From: Daphnia carinata
Lineage: Eukaryota
Length of the DNA stretch: 64,000 bases
NCBI RefSeq assembly: GCF_022539665.2
Contig: NC_081331.1
Location: forward strand, 11,284,001 to 11,348,000
Direction of reading: 5' to 3'
Of the stretch, positions 50,007 through 64,000 are shown one piece after another. The notes below the pieces were generated by a model. It did not search any database and was not told the origin of the DNA. It saw nothing but the letters and a program-made list of their open reading frames with translations. The stretch's first letter is position 1. Each line of letters begins with the position of its first letter. The position numbers and the translations under genes are program-made.

Positions 50007-52409
50007 CTTACGGTCGTTTCGATAAAATTCTAAAATTTCTGGAAACTTTAAAAATGAATATCCGACGTTTTGCATGTTTTGAAAAGAACAATTAGTGTTG
50101 CGTAATTACTTACATAGTTACTATTAAACAGGCCACCTTTCCAGTATGAAAATCTGGCGTCTAATCGCCCAAAGTCGTGTGAAGCAGTCCAAGTGGATTG
50201 CTGATAAGGGACACTGTTTTATTTGCTTAGGATACGACTGTTTGCACCGACGGAGAGATACACAGTAGATTGTTATCCTTTAACATCCAGATAAACCTTG
50301 CCAAGTCTACTTAAAATCGAATTGTTTTTAGACTTTTATAACGCGAGTCAACATAGCTTTAAAGAAAATCAGTAAACGCAATGATATTAAAATTCCCAAA
50401 CGGTGAGACCAAGACAGGGAGAAACTACTGAAAGCTGAGAAGAGACCAACGTAAAATCAGTTGACGCATAAAAAGCAAAACTGTTTATTTGGTCTAGACA
50501 GTCCTGAAATAATTTTTTTGGCAACCGAACCGATTTTTCGTGCCGCATGAATAATCTAATGCATCGTTTAGACATTCCTTCGCGGTTGTGAGGTCGCATA
50601 AACATTTTCCTTGTCCATTTTTTGTAATCAACAAACCGATTTTGTCCTCAAAATATTTGAAAATCTAAAGTCCGAAAATTCCGAAAGGAGGCACGTGATC
50701 CCTATAACGTACACAGTGTATAAAGTTTACAATTAATAAGGAAAATATCATGCATGCCGCGTTTCATCAAAGGCGCGGATTGGACATTTATTTTCAAGAC
50801 AAACTAAATACCAATCGTAAATAGAAATTGAAGAACCATATGGTTGGTAGGATAGGGTCATTAAACATATGCCGTCTGAGACGCACATTTTTTTAAACGA
50901 AATTGTCGCAATCAAGGGAAAAAATGTATTTAGGCTACACATTCAAAACTGTTACGTAAGTCAAGGATTCGATTTTGCGCAGTACGACTAAAAACAGTCT
51001 TAGTTAAAGAGCTCACATTTTGGTGAAAATACTATGGAGTTGTGACATTCGAGAACGTTCGATTTCATCTACTGAGCGACAATCGAACGCGGAGACGGGT
51101 CACTTGCTAGTTATACTACATTTTTGCACGCGTTTCAAGGTTGCACTCATTTCCGGATCGTTAGGTCATCCGGTTTGAAACGTCAAAGCAACACATTTTC
51201 ATTTTCTATGTTAGGCGCATCTTCCGGGAAACCTATGCCTTAATTGCCAACTGATGAGGTCGTCAAGTGATGGAAATATCACGGCTTAATTGGTTTGCGC
51301 TCTGTCACGTGATTTTTTAAAAACTATTGTATTTTCTAAACCTAACTTAGTTAGGGCCTCGCAACTGATTTTCTACGTCGGAATGAACATGGTAAGTTCT
51401 GCAACACGCGAAGCTTTCATCTTGTACTTGAAATGTAAAATATTCATAGAATAAGTTGGACTTGAACGTAACGCAACAACTTTCTGTTTGGAAAATTCTT
51501 AGAACCCTTCTTTGACGAACGAAGAATGTGTTCTTGGCGCTACCCAACTACATAAACTGATGCCATAAGAGAATTATCAAATAGGATAAGAAACTTACGT
51601 AAATGACTGGGTTAAGTCTGATGTCCCACATGAAGTGTCCTAAATTATTTTTAAGAACGATGTTGTTGACGTACCACTTTCATAATGTTTCAATGAAATA
51701 CCTTGAAGCTTAGACGTTCATTCCCAGAAGATGACGCTATTGGCTTCTTCTTAAAGACTTAGGATGCGATGGCCTGCTTTGATTTATAAAAAAGAAAAAG
51801 CAAAAGTTCAAGAACTTTCTGATATTCAACACCGGATGAAAACTTTGCTCCCCGGTCAATTCTATGTTGCAATCTCCTTGACAAATTCACGTTTCTTAAC
51901 GGAAAAAGAGAAAAAGAAATTGCATTCATTCGAATATTGATATTTGGACACATTTAGTGTATGTCATATATATCTGCAATTTCAAAGCCAACATCAAGTT
52001 ACATATTTAAGTTGAGAACGATAATATGAGAAACATACTGTAAAAACTAACGCGAGTCGAAGTCTACCTTCCGGTTGACTGAGGGGAGGGATAGGGGAAG
52101 ATGTGTAAAATAAATATAAATTACGAGCGTTCAAGACGGTGAGTCTCGAACAAAAAGACGGGAATGTACAGTAAAACCAGGATGTTATACATGTTTTGTG
52201 ATGTATCTGCGACAAGAGTGTTTTTACAACTGAAACTGGTAACTCAAAATATGTCCGTTAGTCCTACTTGAAGGCGGGCTGTGAGTCGGAAACAAGGGCT
52301 GATTCAAATTTCCGATATGGAGAACTTAAAACCAAAAAATGGGCCAAAGAAGCAAGCGAAGGATTCATTTCCTAACGCTTGCGTCGCGTACAGGATCTCA
52401 AACATTCAC

Positions 52410-54180
52410 TTAACTCTCCTGCTGTAAAATGCGAATCAAGCGTTGGTTAAAAAGTACTCCTAAAATCAACATTAGCAAGTTCGTCATCTTACCACGACTG
52501 GATAAACGAATGTGGTCGATTGGTCCATTCCAAATTCATTTTCTGCCCGGCATTTGAATAGACCCATATGTTCACTCCAGCGAAGATGGCGAATTTTCAA
52601 ATCGCCGCTAGGTAAGACCTTTAGAATAAAACGACGGGTTTAATGAATGCCTAGTCAAGAGCGAAAGATTGCGATCGATTCATACCTGGTATTGGGCTCC
52701 AGTGGTGATGGGTTGATCTTCGTCTTCTATGTACCACGAGACTTTTGGAGTTGGATTGCCCACCGCGCGACACAGCAAGAGCGCACCTTTGCCTTCCAGG
52801 TCGATGTAAGTTCCAGACCACATAAAGACGGTAGCAGGTAACGAATACGTTTCATGCCTGAGCATGCACGTCGTCTCGTTATAAGGGGCTTCACCTACAT
52901 TTTTGAAAATTAAGAAAAATTAATACCAAATTTGAATGATTTAAACGATTCGTTTACCTTCTATGTGGACGTAAGTGCTGGATACGATTTTCTCTTTGAT
53001 TGATTGAGCCACGCATGTGTAAATTGCTTCGGCTTCTCCATCAACACAGTCGATCACTAAACGGGACTTTGTCGAAGCCAAACCTCTTGTTGGCAGCAGC
53101 GATTCACTTTCCAGGATTTTGTTTGTCGATTCCTCAACTTCTTCTCTGTCGAAAGGAGACTGTGCAAACAAAAGACGTCATTATTAATTCACCCGCAAAA
53201 TGATCGGCAAAGTGTTAAGCGTACCTCAGGTATGGGCATGCCGTTCTTCAACCAGTATACAGCGGGAGGTGGTGAACCAGACACATCGCAAAGCAACTCT
53301 AAACGATCGTTCATGGCAACAGTCATCTGGGAAGGTGGTTTAACATGAAATTGTAACGTTCCAGCAGGTTCCACTGTCGAAGAAGTTTTGATTTCATCGT
53401 CAGCTGCGAAATCTATGAAAGAAACCGTTACCTCAAATGAGTCAATGAAAAATGAACGCAAAACTCGATATCGCTTACCGAAATCATTGCTGCGAATCTG
53501 TCGGCTGGCTATCAATTCCTCGTAGTGGCGTCGCGGGGTCTCGCTATCCTGTTATTTTTGAAAGAAAAACAAGATATAAAAATGACCTCAATGAAATTGG
53601 ATTCAACGAGCAACGTTTGTTTCCTATGGTAAACCCACGCACTAACGATTCATTCATTTTTTTTCTCGTGTGCCACGCAGCAAACTGATGATGTACGCAA
53701 GATTTGGCGAAAACATGTCATTAGTTAGATCGCCTGTCACTATATACCATTTGAACGTTATTCTTTGTGCAAACACAAGGAGCAGAAAATCTTGTTTTTC
53801 TTATATACCCTTTCTAAGAATGAGCCATCTTTGCACGCCCCAATTTCGTGAATAAACAACCCTATCTACGTTTCCGGTCGTTTTACTTTCGGAAGGGATA
53901 GAATAACAAAAACAAGAATTTCCGGACGATGCATTATCTTTAAGCCCCTGTAATAGTCTGATACGTTTCTCAACTGAAAAACTGCTGTGTCTCACTTTAA
54001 TTCTACTCCACAATAAAAATTCTCCAACCCAAGAAATTATTTATTACAAAATTTTGAAGGTAAAAAGAAAATTCTTACCCTGAAGATTGATGTTCTGCGG
54101 AATGGTAGAGTGGCTGCCCCGGCAATCGTCAGAGCACCGAGGACGAGGAACACGTTGGTAAGAATTCCTGCCGGCTTCAT
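52410..54180 (-). CDS. ImpL2: IMP-L2 / insulin-binding two-Ig-domain secreted protein (IGFBP7-related)
   Basis: Signal peptide MKPAGILTNVFLVLGALTIAGAA. Ig1: LELLCDVSGSPPPAVYWLKNG...TKSRLVIDC...YTCVA. Ig2: LLCRAVGNPTPKVSW...VLPSGDLKIRHLRWSEHMGLFKCRAENEFGMDQSTTFVYP. GT-AG exons are in phase. Confidence 0.92.
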
Positions 54181-54307
54181 GATTTTTGTTTTTACCTTGT
54201 GGGTTTTTTCGATAAAATGAAATGCAACTGAATTTGTCAAAGAGACAAAGTTGGCGAATGAAAACTCTTGGAATAGGGTAGGTAGAGAGCTGTGGATGAT
54301 TTCCAAC

Positions 54308-54345
54308 ACTTGATCGGAAGAGATGGTTGGTGCCCCCTTTATATA
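54308..54345 (-). promoter_or_regulatory. TATA box + Inr-like core promoter of ImpL2
   Basis: Minus-strand TATATAAAGGGGG (from 54345) with TCAAGT ~30 nt downstream, ~130 nt upstream of the ATG. Confidence 0.65.
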
Positions 54346-57300
54346 CGCGTCCGTGATGGTGTCTTAACGCGATGTTGATTCGTTGTAGGCGTGGTTAGTT
54401 GTTCCAAGTGGATCTCTACGCAGTTGCCTTGCGTGAAAGAAGAGGAAAGTTTTCACTCTAGACTCGGACAGTACCGTCGAATAGTACACGATAACAGTGT
54501 CACCTATAAATGTTAAGTGTGATCGGGGCACCTGCATTGCGAAGCAAGGTTTTATTTTGCGCTGATTTTTAATTTACGATAATACATCATTTGCATAAAA
54601 ATAACATAGATATTATGTAATTAGGTCATTGTCGTCGCTGGTGCGTGTCGTCCGCTGATAATGTAGTAGGACTAATTCTTAACACCATCGAATGCTGTTC
54701 ATCTAATTGATTTATCTAATTCAACAACTTGTAAACATTACTAGTACATTGTTGTAAATGGATAAAGAAAACACTGCCAATTAATATTGCTAAGTTCAAT
54801 TTTAGATGCGCGCCCGAAAATTGTTTTAGTACAAATTGCATGTCATTTACTACTAATGAACTTGTTTACCTGGCGAGAGACCGAGAGAGAAAACCTTATC
54901 TTTTATCCACATGATAAATGACACAGGCACGTGCAGACACTGTGATCTTTAACTTAATACTGGCGTCCGAACAAAGGCACGGTGAACATTGATCACCCTT
55001 TCTCCTCTTTTGAAAATTTTTGACAACGGAGAAACACTGCCCAATAGAAAACGACGAGCTGGTTACAACATGATTTGCATTTTTTTCTTTCTTACCCTAC
55101 CTTTTCAATGCGTCATATTTTGCTAACCCTATCCAAGTGAATGCCTGTTGCTATCTCTTTTTTCTGCGAAAATCGTTAACTTTTCGAACTGCTTATGCCA
55201 CGCTATTTAGCTTTTACTAAGAACTAATTTTGAAGTGTTATGTAAGACCAAACGTTATGCGTTACGCTTATCTTTTATGTGGTTTTCCAAGAACAAAAAG
55301 AAAAGGCTATACAGGGAAAACTTTGAAAAAGATGGGGCATGGACCGAGAGTCTGTGCGAACTTGAACGTAAACAACTGGTTACACTATTCCTCTTAAATT
55401 GATAAAACCTAGGCTAAATACGAAGAATCATTTGCCATAACAAACACAACACTCCGAACCCAAAGCTTTGGATGAATATCGAATAAACGCCTTGCCTACG
55501 TCTGTAACAGACTGTTTTTGTTATGACTGATACAAAACTTTGTATGTATGAAATTACCTTAATATTTAGCACAAGGCGACGGCAAGGGTTACGGAAGATA
55601 CTGGAACTAATTATACGATATAGAATGGGAGTTCCCGAAGTTAAGACTAAGCTATTAAGATCAGTTTTATATTTAAAAAAGAAAGCTAATGGGATTTTTT
55701 GGATTCGGCAAATTGAACTAGATTGAACCGAAAATAGCTACGCAAAGGTTAACATCTGCTAGGTTATTATCTGTCTATAAATACGATATTATTTCAAAGC
55801 TAGTCATTCTGAAGTCGATAATTACGTCATTTTGTACCACATCGTTTTAAGGAAAGATTTTCAATTAAATTTGTTAACTTCCTTTTGCAACTACAGTCAG
55901 ATTCGTTTCCTTACACAAATGTTAAGAGCTTATACCGATAGTCTGGATACCGTGGCAAAATTTATAAGGAAGAGACCCCTAATAAAAAGTTTATGATTAC
56001 AGCCCGGGAAAAGAGAATCATTTCGTCATTATACAAGTTCCATTTTGTGATGGCTAGGCATTGGTGGCAACTGGGTGGCATGGGCATCGAGTTACGTATG
56101 GCCAGTTTAAATCAACAAAACTTCCCTTTCCATGCCACATTGCATACAACTGATATATGATTAAGACTATCAGTTTGATTCTGTACGTCATTTGTAAGTT
56201 GATTTCGGGGAAAAAAACCACCCAATAAGACACTATGTTTAATGTTTACATTAGAACCGAAAATGTCTTGTGGAGATTAGACTCTAAACGGCACCCGATG
56301 TCAAACAACACTTGACACTGAGTACGTGCGCATTTAGCGGCGCAAACTATTCATTGCTAACTGACATTCAACAAAGTCATGCGCGAATATGGCGTGGGTC
56401 TGTCAAAAGATCGGCACTCGTTAGCCAACTACGCATTTCCATAAAAAACTTCCATTTAAACATCATTTACACACACACAAACGGCCCAAAATGTAAATAT
56501 TTGTGTCCGTCCACACTCTGTTGAAAACCATAGTGGTCAACGTAGACTTTGAATTGATGTAGCATCGTTGAGGCACGTGCTGCAAAATGTAGGAGCCACT
56601 GTGTGAGGACCATGAAGATTCAAATGAACGGAAAGCATTCGTTGATCTTAACCCTATTGAACCATAAGGATAGCCTTTGAAAGAGACTTTATAACGTAGA
56701 GCAACATAAGGTTTAGAAGGATCACCGTTGTTATGAAAAAATAAAGATGCTGAGTTAACTGCACAGCAATGACAAACAACGTCATTTTCTGTTGTAGATG
56801 GGAAAACAATAACTGAGGAACAGGGCAATTTCGAAGGCAGAGGACTACTAAAATAAGTCGGTAACGCACACTATGTTCGAGCCTAATTAAAAACATATCG
56901 TGAAACGTAAAACATCATTCTTTGCTCATATTAACAAACGAGGAACGTAAATCAATCTTCAAAATGATAAGGCACGATGCACGTGCTTGACGCATCTAGC
57001 CAAAACATTTTTTAACTAAATAGATGTCCAATCACGCATTCACTTTGAAAAAACAAATAGCATCCAAGCAGAAAGTGCGCGCTGAGTTTGTTATTTTAGC
57101 GTCACTGGTGATTCGGTGTTGCAGTAAAAGACACTGTCTGTTTCAAAGAAGTTTATCTGTTGAATCTCCTTCTAAGAACCCTACGTCTTTAAAGCGACCA
57201 CTGCCATGAAATGCTCGATGCACAGTTTTCTTTTCAACACAATAATTAGTACACATTTAAGATATATGTTGAATCTCATGCGCACGTCCTTGTACCAATG

Positions 57301-59226
57301 GAAACCAAATAAAATTAAATAAACAAAGGGAAAAAAAGAAATGTATACACTTGTCGGTAACGGTCGACTATTTACAAAGTTATATCTATTATCTGCGTAC
57401 AAGGAACTATAGCCGAAAAATTTCGAAATTGTAACACTTGGTGGAGTTGACCGGATCGAGGTGGAGGGGTAATACAGATATCTATGGTACCCAAGCAAGG
57501 GTTATTTCAACAACAATTCGAAATACGTCATTCGTTCGTTAAACTAAAACATTCGAGAGGATAGATGGCTGAGGGGCAACTCACTCTAAATGCTACGTGA
57601 GGACCGAATTTAGCAAGTCATTCAACGTTGTTTTGTTTTACATTGACTTTGATTTGATACCAATGCAAAAGAAAATTATAGGCGTCATGCAGATATTTTT
57701 CAAATGCCATATTCAAAGCACCACGTATTGTTAAACGTGTACCCTTGCGAGGAGATCTTATTGGAGGTGATTCAGTTAAGGTGGTTTCAATCGTAGATAA
57801 AAACTTGGACTATCCCAGAATTGCTAGGACATTAAAAGAATGCGTGGGTGTGAAGGAAAACGTCCCGTTTGCGGCACATCCTTAATGTTGTATAAAGCAA
57901 ATAAAAATTTTTTTGCACGCGTTCAAGGTTGGAGGCTTCCGGGTCAGAAGCTCATCTGGGGACGTCAAACGGTTGAAAAGAAAATAGGATGGACTTCCTC
58001 TCATTTGTATTGGTTTCTTTTTTTATTTACTAAACTCTTTCAATCGATTTTGCGGGATTAGCAATAATCGTGTAGACGCGTTGCATCCGCCGACATTTTG
58101 ACCAAGCAAATCAGCTTCATCGTTTAAATAATTCTTATAACGAGCAACATATTCCATCCAAGAACTCAATAACATTCAATCTTTTCTAAGAATTCTTTTG
58201 CGTTCTTTACTCTACATCGCAGAAAAAAAAAATCCTGATTCGGCTTGATTACGGTGACGTCTATAATCACACCATCCTCCTCCCCCTTTTTTTCTGCCCC
58301 GTTGTTTCGCATTGTAAATAAAAAAAAATTATGCTCGTGCATCACACGCAAACAAAAACAAAAACTAGTCTCAGCATGAATCTGCTTAACGAGATTCTTC
58401 CGCTGTAGTAAAGACAAACACGCGTTTTTAACACATCATTGGCCAATAAAGAAACAAATCTAAGCGCAGCTTCCGGTGGCCAATGCGTGTCGGTACAATG
58501 CACCATCTGTCTTACATAGCTTTTCGTGACTGGTATCAATGCGCGTTCGAATTTTTCAACCGTGGGTAGCAAAACGATTTTCGAGGTCAAACAAATGGTG
58601 GACGTGACCCGTAGCGCATACTGAAATCGATCAAATCACCAATTCACTTCTGACATATTAGTATTTATGAATTTTCTCAGGCAAGTAAAGAAATCAGCAA
58701 AACACACAAAAATAAAAAACTAAATAATAATAATAATTGTGTGAAGAAGAAATGGAATAATGACAAACACGAGGGGGGAAGAGCTACGTATAACCCTATT
58801 GTTGTTTCACATGGACGAGACATTTTCAGTCCAACGAAAACCAACTAGGCAAAATAAGGACGTCCTTTAAAGGGACCAACAAATGAAAAAACAAAGGGGA
58901 GCGGAGGGGGGCTTTTTTTTTTAAGTATCGGTAGCAGGTGAGATGCTACAAAGCGATCACGGTTCTAATTTAGCACTGGTGGTATATCTGCACGAAAAAA
59001 AAATTGAATAAGAATATAATAAGGCCACTCTTGTTTGTTAATCTTGAAGACCCTGGTGCTTGCTTGATTCGGGAGGAAGATGGACGAACGGATAGAGAGA
59101 CGGGGGATACTAGCAAAAATAGTAGTAGGTAGAGTAAATTTTAGTAGTAGTAGTAGTATAGTGGTAATAATCATAATAGCAATCAACCATCATCATGACT
59201 TGGTCGAGTTTCGTTTTTTATTTTGT

Positions 59227-62200
59227 TCACGGGAAATTGCGGATGTCCCAATAGCGGGTGTTGCAGTCCTGACCGACGGAAACGATTGTATTGTTGTCCA
59301 GCCAAGCGATGCCGGTGATCTGGCTCTGCGGGTGGGCATCTATCAATCAATAAAATGAAATAGGATCGGTATAAAAAAAAATAAACAGGCAATTGCATTG
59401 GTACAGAGTACATTGGGTTCTCGCACATCACCCATCACTATCTCAACGCTCCGAGACGATCACAGCGTGACGCAAAACGAAAAGGTTTCGAAATAAAAGC
59501 CACTTCCTGATCAACCGTTTACACGAATAAGCTTCCAATCGACCAATTACTAAAGGCTTTTATATACGACGACCACTTTGTTGTCACCCATCGTTTTATT
59601 TTAGATGAAAACGGACACGTGCATCTCTAGAGATCTGTCCAGTTCGGCTTCTAAATATTTCGGATAAACTCTAAATATACGTTACCATTCGATCATTGCA
59701 TAAAGAATACATGCGATGCCGATCAAGGATATGCTACCCTGTTTGGAATTCTGTTGAGGCAAACTTAGACAAAAAATGACGGGAGAGAATCTTTATCAGC
59801 GTGATGTGCGTCAGCAAATAAAGAGGCCATCACAGTTAAGATCACGTGAACGGTTTTCTAAAAATCCTAAGGAAACTTGCAAAAACCAGTGGGTATGTTG
59901 CGCAATGTCTTGTAATGCGAGAATGGCCCTTTTGGGATGAAATGTTAAACGGAACCCATTCAAGACTGAATAAGACATTGACCAATTCAAATCGATAAGT
60001 AACTCCAACAAGATGAACGCGGTTTCAAAATCGATTCGGAACAAAGGCGATCAACTCGTCCCAACAAAAAGGCAGAGGTTTCGCTTAGGCCAAATGTGGC
60101 AAGGTCTGTATGGATCACACGTCTAGACGGCTTTCGATGAAAATTGCCACCCCAAAACTCCCCTCTACTATCTGGGTTCAGCTGAAGCTCTATTGCCACA
60201 TTAAGCCCTCTTTTCTGTAGTTCTTAGGAAAGCACGATAAACTAATGAAGGAAACTAAAGCGCATTTTCTTTTTATCGGATATTTTGTCTGTCGAAAACT
60301 CCTGGTGCTCGCATACGACAAAGACGGGCCAAAAATTTAATGTGACTTCCGTTTAACTTTTTATCCGATGCTGGGCCAAAATCTCTTGCACACATAAAAA
60401 CGCTTAGTTAAGCAGACGAATGTCTACACATGAATGGACTCTGCTTACAACTACATGAATATGTGGAAATTTTTCCCCGTTCGCTGATAACCTGATAGGT
60501 CAAAAGTATATATATATATTTATATTATAAAAAAAAAGAAAAAACAGTTTTTAACGATTCCTTTCCGTTTCAATCTCTACGCTTCGCATTTGCTCTTCCA
60601 ACCTAAAACATGTTGAACTACGCCTTTGTTTTCCGGGACAATCAACTGTCCGAAAGTAAATCTAACAAGGATGAAACCCTATTTGTGCTTTTTTCGATTT
60701 TCCTTAAGTTATCTTACTTTTGATAATGATGCGTTTTGCCGGCTTCTCGACGCTCCAAACGATAATGGAAGTGTCCAAGCTTCCAGAGGCCACCAGGGTG
60801 GAGTCGGGACTCCACGCGACGCAATTCACTTTAGCAGTGTGGAAACCCCAGACTTCTTTGCTGGCAACCTGTAACAAACAAGAAATCGAGTTAACCGATA
60901 GTACCAACGCAAAGAATCCATCCAAGGACAACAAATCTAAACAAATAGAGACAGGGTTCAGCTTTTTCATATCCGACGAACCCCTCTCTTCAAGTGAGAT
61001 CACAAGACTTTGTTTAGTAACCCTCCTGACCAATTAATAAAAGTCAATTGGATGGCTTCACATAGAAGGCGAGATAGATGGATCTCCCAATAACAAGGGC
61101 CTGACATTTCCATTGCCAATGCAGGCGAGCGTAACAGTAAATACAATTGCCTAGTCTGTGAAAGTCTGACAGATGCTTGTCCCTGTTCCCCTTTAGTTTA
61201 AAGGGATTACCTCGAACCCGGGCAATCGATAGAGGGTGACGAGGCGGTTGGCGTCCGCAACGGCCAGGTATTGGTTGTCGGGAGAGAAGGCGCAATCGGT
61301 AATAGGGCCACTGTGATCCAACTCCATGCGAGGCGTGAGGTTGCCGTCATGCAAGATGTACACGTGTACCTAAACATATCCGTGATAAAATTACTGCAAA
61401 CTTTCATTTCGAGGAAACTGTGCCACTTTTGCCAACCTTGTGGTCGGTAGTGCCCCCGATAGCAACATCCGGATGGTGACCGTTCATTGAAGCGCAAGAT
61501 GGTTCAAAGTTGACACTAATACTCGATACTTGACGACCGTCCTGAATTACTGCAATCTAATTGACACATGCAAAAATAGCTATGAATAAACCATAGCGTA
61601 GCCTTCCAAATTGGCAAATGGTTGCTAATTTTAGCTAAGATGCTATCGATATTTTGTTATTGATGGCAAAAATTAGGGGACATGTTCGCCAATTCAGCAC
61701 TAACACTTTCTAATTTAGACTCGGTGATATCTGATACTTACATAAGCAAAAATGAGTTAAATCTTATCGTAAGCGAATCAAATCAAACGCTAGATTGCTG
61801 CCAATTGAGCGATAGAGGAGTTGACACGTGTCAACCCCATCTCTTGGCAGCAGCAAATATGTTTTTCGGTTTTAACATTCATACCTCCTTCTCACATGGA
61901 ACGATGAGCGTGGTTCCATCACCGGCTAGACCGCGAGGTTGAGACGCCAAGCTTGACGTTGGTGCTGGTAAATGATTTCGTCATCATGTTGACTTCCTTG
62001 ATGGCGTTGTCAATACCGCAGGTGAAAATAGATTCGCCTAGGGTTACCATGCCATTCATCTGATTTCCATGACCGACACCTCCAATGCGGTGACTCTCTC
62101 CGGTAGCCACATCCCAACTAGTGATAGTACCATCGTGGGATCCGGTAAATACTGTATCGCGATTTTTATTCACTGTCATGACAGTTATCGGTTTGTTGTG

Positions 62201-63755
62201 GCCCTACGTCACAAAACGAGATGACGTTTAATTCTTTGATCGCCGTAATTTCAAAATTGCATAAACAGCCCACCTTAATAACACGAAGAGGTTTGCTTGG
62301 GTTGGCCGGGTCAAGGTAAGAAATATGTCCAGCCAAAGAAACAGACAACATATGTTTACCCTGCCATAGGCAGGAAACTTGTTGATCCTCAATAGCAGTG
62401 CCCATCGGAAATTCAGTAATTAAGCTCATTGTGGCCACGTCCCAGGTTTTGCATGTCTTGTCGCCAGACGCGGACAACAAACTCTTACTATCAGGGCTCC
62501 AAGCGACTGCGTAAACTCCTCCGCTGTGGGCCGGGCTTCCTGGATTATCAGTCTTCAATGAAAACATGCCCAAATAGCAACACAATTTACTAAACCTTAC
62601 CTAATTCGCCAATCAAGTCCGATGTCTTTCCGTCATAAATGAAGATCTTGCCATCAAAACCTCCAGTGGCAAAATGATCTCCATTCGGGGAGTAGCGGAC
62701 CGACTGGACGTAACGTTGATGCTCTGTTTTAGTCATCTTCCACTTGAATGGAGGACCTAATATTGAAGTATATTGGTAACGCATGAAGCGCAACAAATGA
62801 AAAAAACACAATATAGTACAATTAGGTACCTTCGAAAACAGTTACAGAGTTATCTTCACTTCCAGCAATAATCTTAAAAGGCCTTGCTGGACGAAAATCA
62901 CAAGAATTAATGGGCTTGGACGGCCCACCAATGGTGCCGTTGGAAGTGCCGGTATCCACCAAGAAGACATGGCCAAAGCTAAAAGTTAAAATCTTATATA
63001 CTTGTTTACATATAAATTTAATAATGATTTACCATTCTCTGCCCTCTCCAACTACAACCATACGTTGATTATCAGGAGACCATGCCAAATCCTTGATTGG
63101 ACCAGCAAATGGTTGAAGCTCAATTTTACAAATATGCTCCTTGTTGACAGTATCCCAGATTCTGACTTTGCCTGATTGATCTGACAAAAAAGCCAAATAG
63201 AAGTAAGGATAATTGGATGCTCAAACTACATAATGTAAACAGTATTTACCAGCAGACGCAATATAGAACCCACTTGGGGAATATTTGGCTACATTCACTT
63301 GGCAAGAATGTTCAGTGTAAGTCTCAGCAATCTCAGGGTTCTAGGAAAATTTACAAAGTGAATGATGCACATGTCAGTGAATAAGCAATTGTCAAAACAG
63401 GTATCACCTACCTCAATGTTTCGAATAATCACACTATTTCCATGAGTGTACAGGAAGTTTTTCCCTTTGGGATCTCCACCTAGAACAAGTGGCTGCCCTC
63501 GCTGGGTTCTGGGCAAGGAAGCAAACAAAGCCTCTGTAAACGGAAACGATGAAATTATATTTAAATCAAAATTTATCTGAATAACAGAGGACATTGACGA
63601 TCCACACTATCAGTACATATGGAAAATCGTTTGTCTATTGCGTCAAGAACCAAACTGTTTGGCAGAAACCCCGCTTTCATATAACAGTTAACTATAGCGA
63701 ACAGTCAAGCACTTTAAATTTAATATAATTTTAACTTACTATTTGTGAAAGACAT
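59227..63755 (-). CDS. WDR1: Actin-interacting protein 1 / WDR1 (flare)
   Basis: Starts MSFTN (63755-63740), then [28 protein letters not shown], then multiple WD40 repeats ([31 protein letters not shown]). The last exon 59339-59227, [32 protein letters not shown], is not in the ORF track in this frame. Confidence 0.96.
61795..61852. repeat. Short intronic hairpin/palindrome in WDR1
   Basis: TGCTGCCAA...TTGGCAGCA flanking the perfect 16-bp palindrome GTTGACACGTGTCAAC. Confidence 0.75.
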
Positions 63756-64000
63756 TGTTTCTATGTCAGCAAAGCCGGCAATTTGAGTATGATAAGATTG
63801 AGAGAGAGGTAGACGCCAAATCCACTCAAAAATGACTTCGGCTATCTGTGTCTTCTGCTACAAGGGAGGGTGGGGCGTTTAAGCAATGGCTTATCTAACC
63901 CACGGTACTACACCTCCCCCTGTCCACCTCTTAAGTGACGTCCCCTACAGGAAAAGAAATAGAAAAATGATATGCCCAAATTAGGGCATGGGACTGCTTT

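Noticed and set aside
59183..59431. Separate small gene suggested by the ORF track
   Set aside because: Another frame of the same DNA encodes the terminal WD40 exon of WDR1.
59340..61210. Mutually exclusive duplicate of the WDR1 WGFHTAKVN exon
   Set aside because: No second exon with WD40 similarity and proper splice sites was found. [11 protein letters not shown] at ~60150 is only a superficial resemblance.
39089..63755. Functional clustering of actin regulators (adducins and AIP1)
   Set aside because: They are separated by ImpL2 and ~9 kb, and nothing in the sequence supports co-regulation.

Overview
Eukaryotic, intron-rich arthropod DNA. The ~60-nt introns, gene content and composition suggest a Daphnia-like crustacean (inferred, not proven). 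Seven protein-coding genes can be assembled by hand from GT-AG exons: kon-tiki/perdido (CSPG4/NG2, +, 3006-29019, ~2,570 aa), MED22 (+), TTC1 (+), a full-length adducin/hts (-), a second tandem head-only adducin paralog (-, 334 aa), ImpL2/IGFBP-related Ig protein (-) and AIP1/WDR1/flare (-). The most unusual structure lies between kon and MED22: a ~5.3-kb palindrome (30258-35551) with ~2.3-kb arms. Arm identity is stratified (~95% outer, apparently 100% core, roughly 70-80% inner). The spacer carries three degenerate tRNA-like Pol III A/B-box units pointing outward into both arms, and each arm carries a GC-rich cassette of back-to-back hairpins. A DNA-transposon-like terminus lies just to its left. 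Most short ORFs in the supplied track are chance ORFs in poly(A)/poly(T)-rich introns. All coordinates were read by eye.
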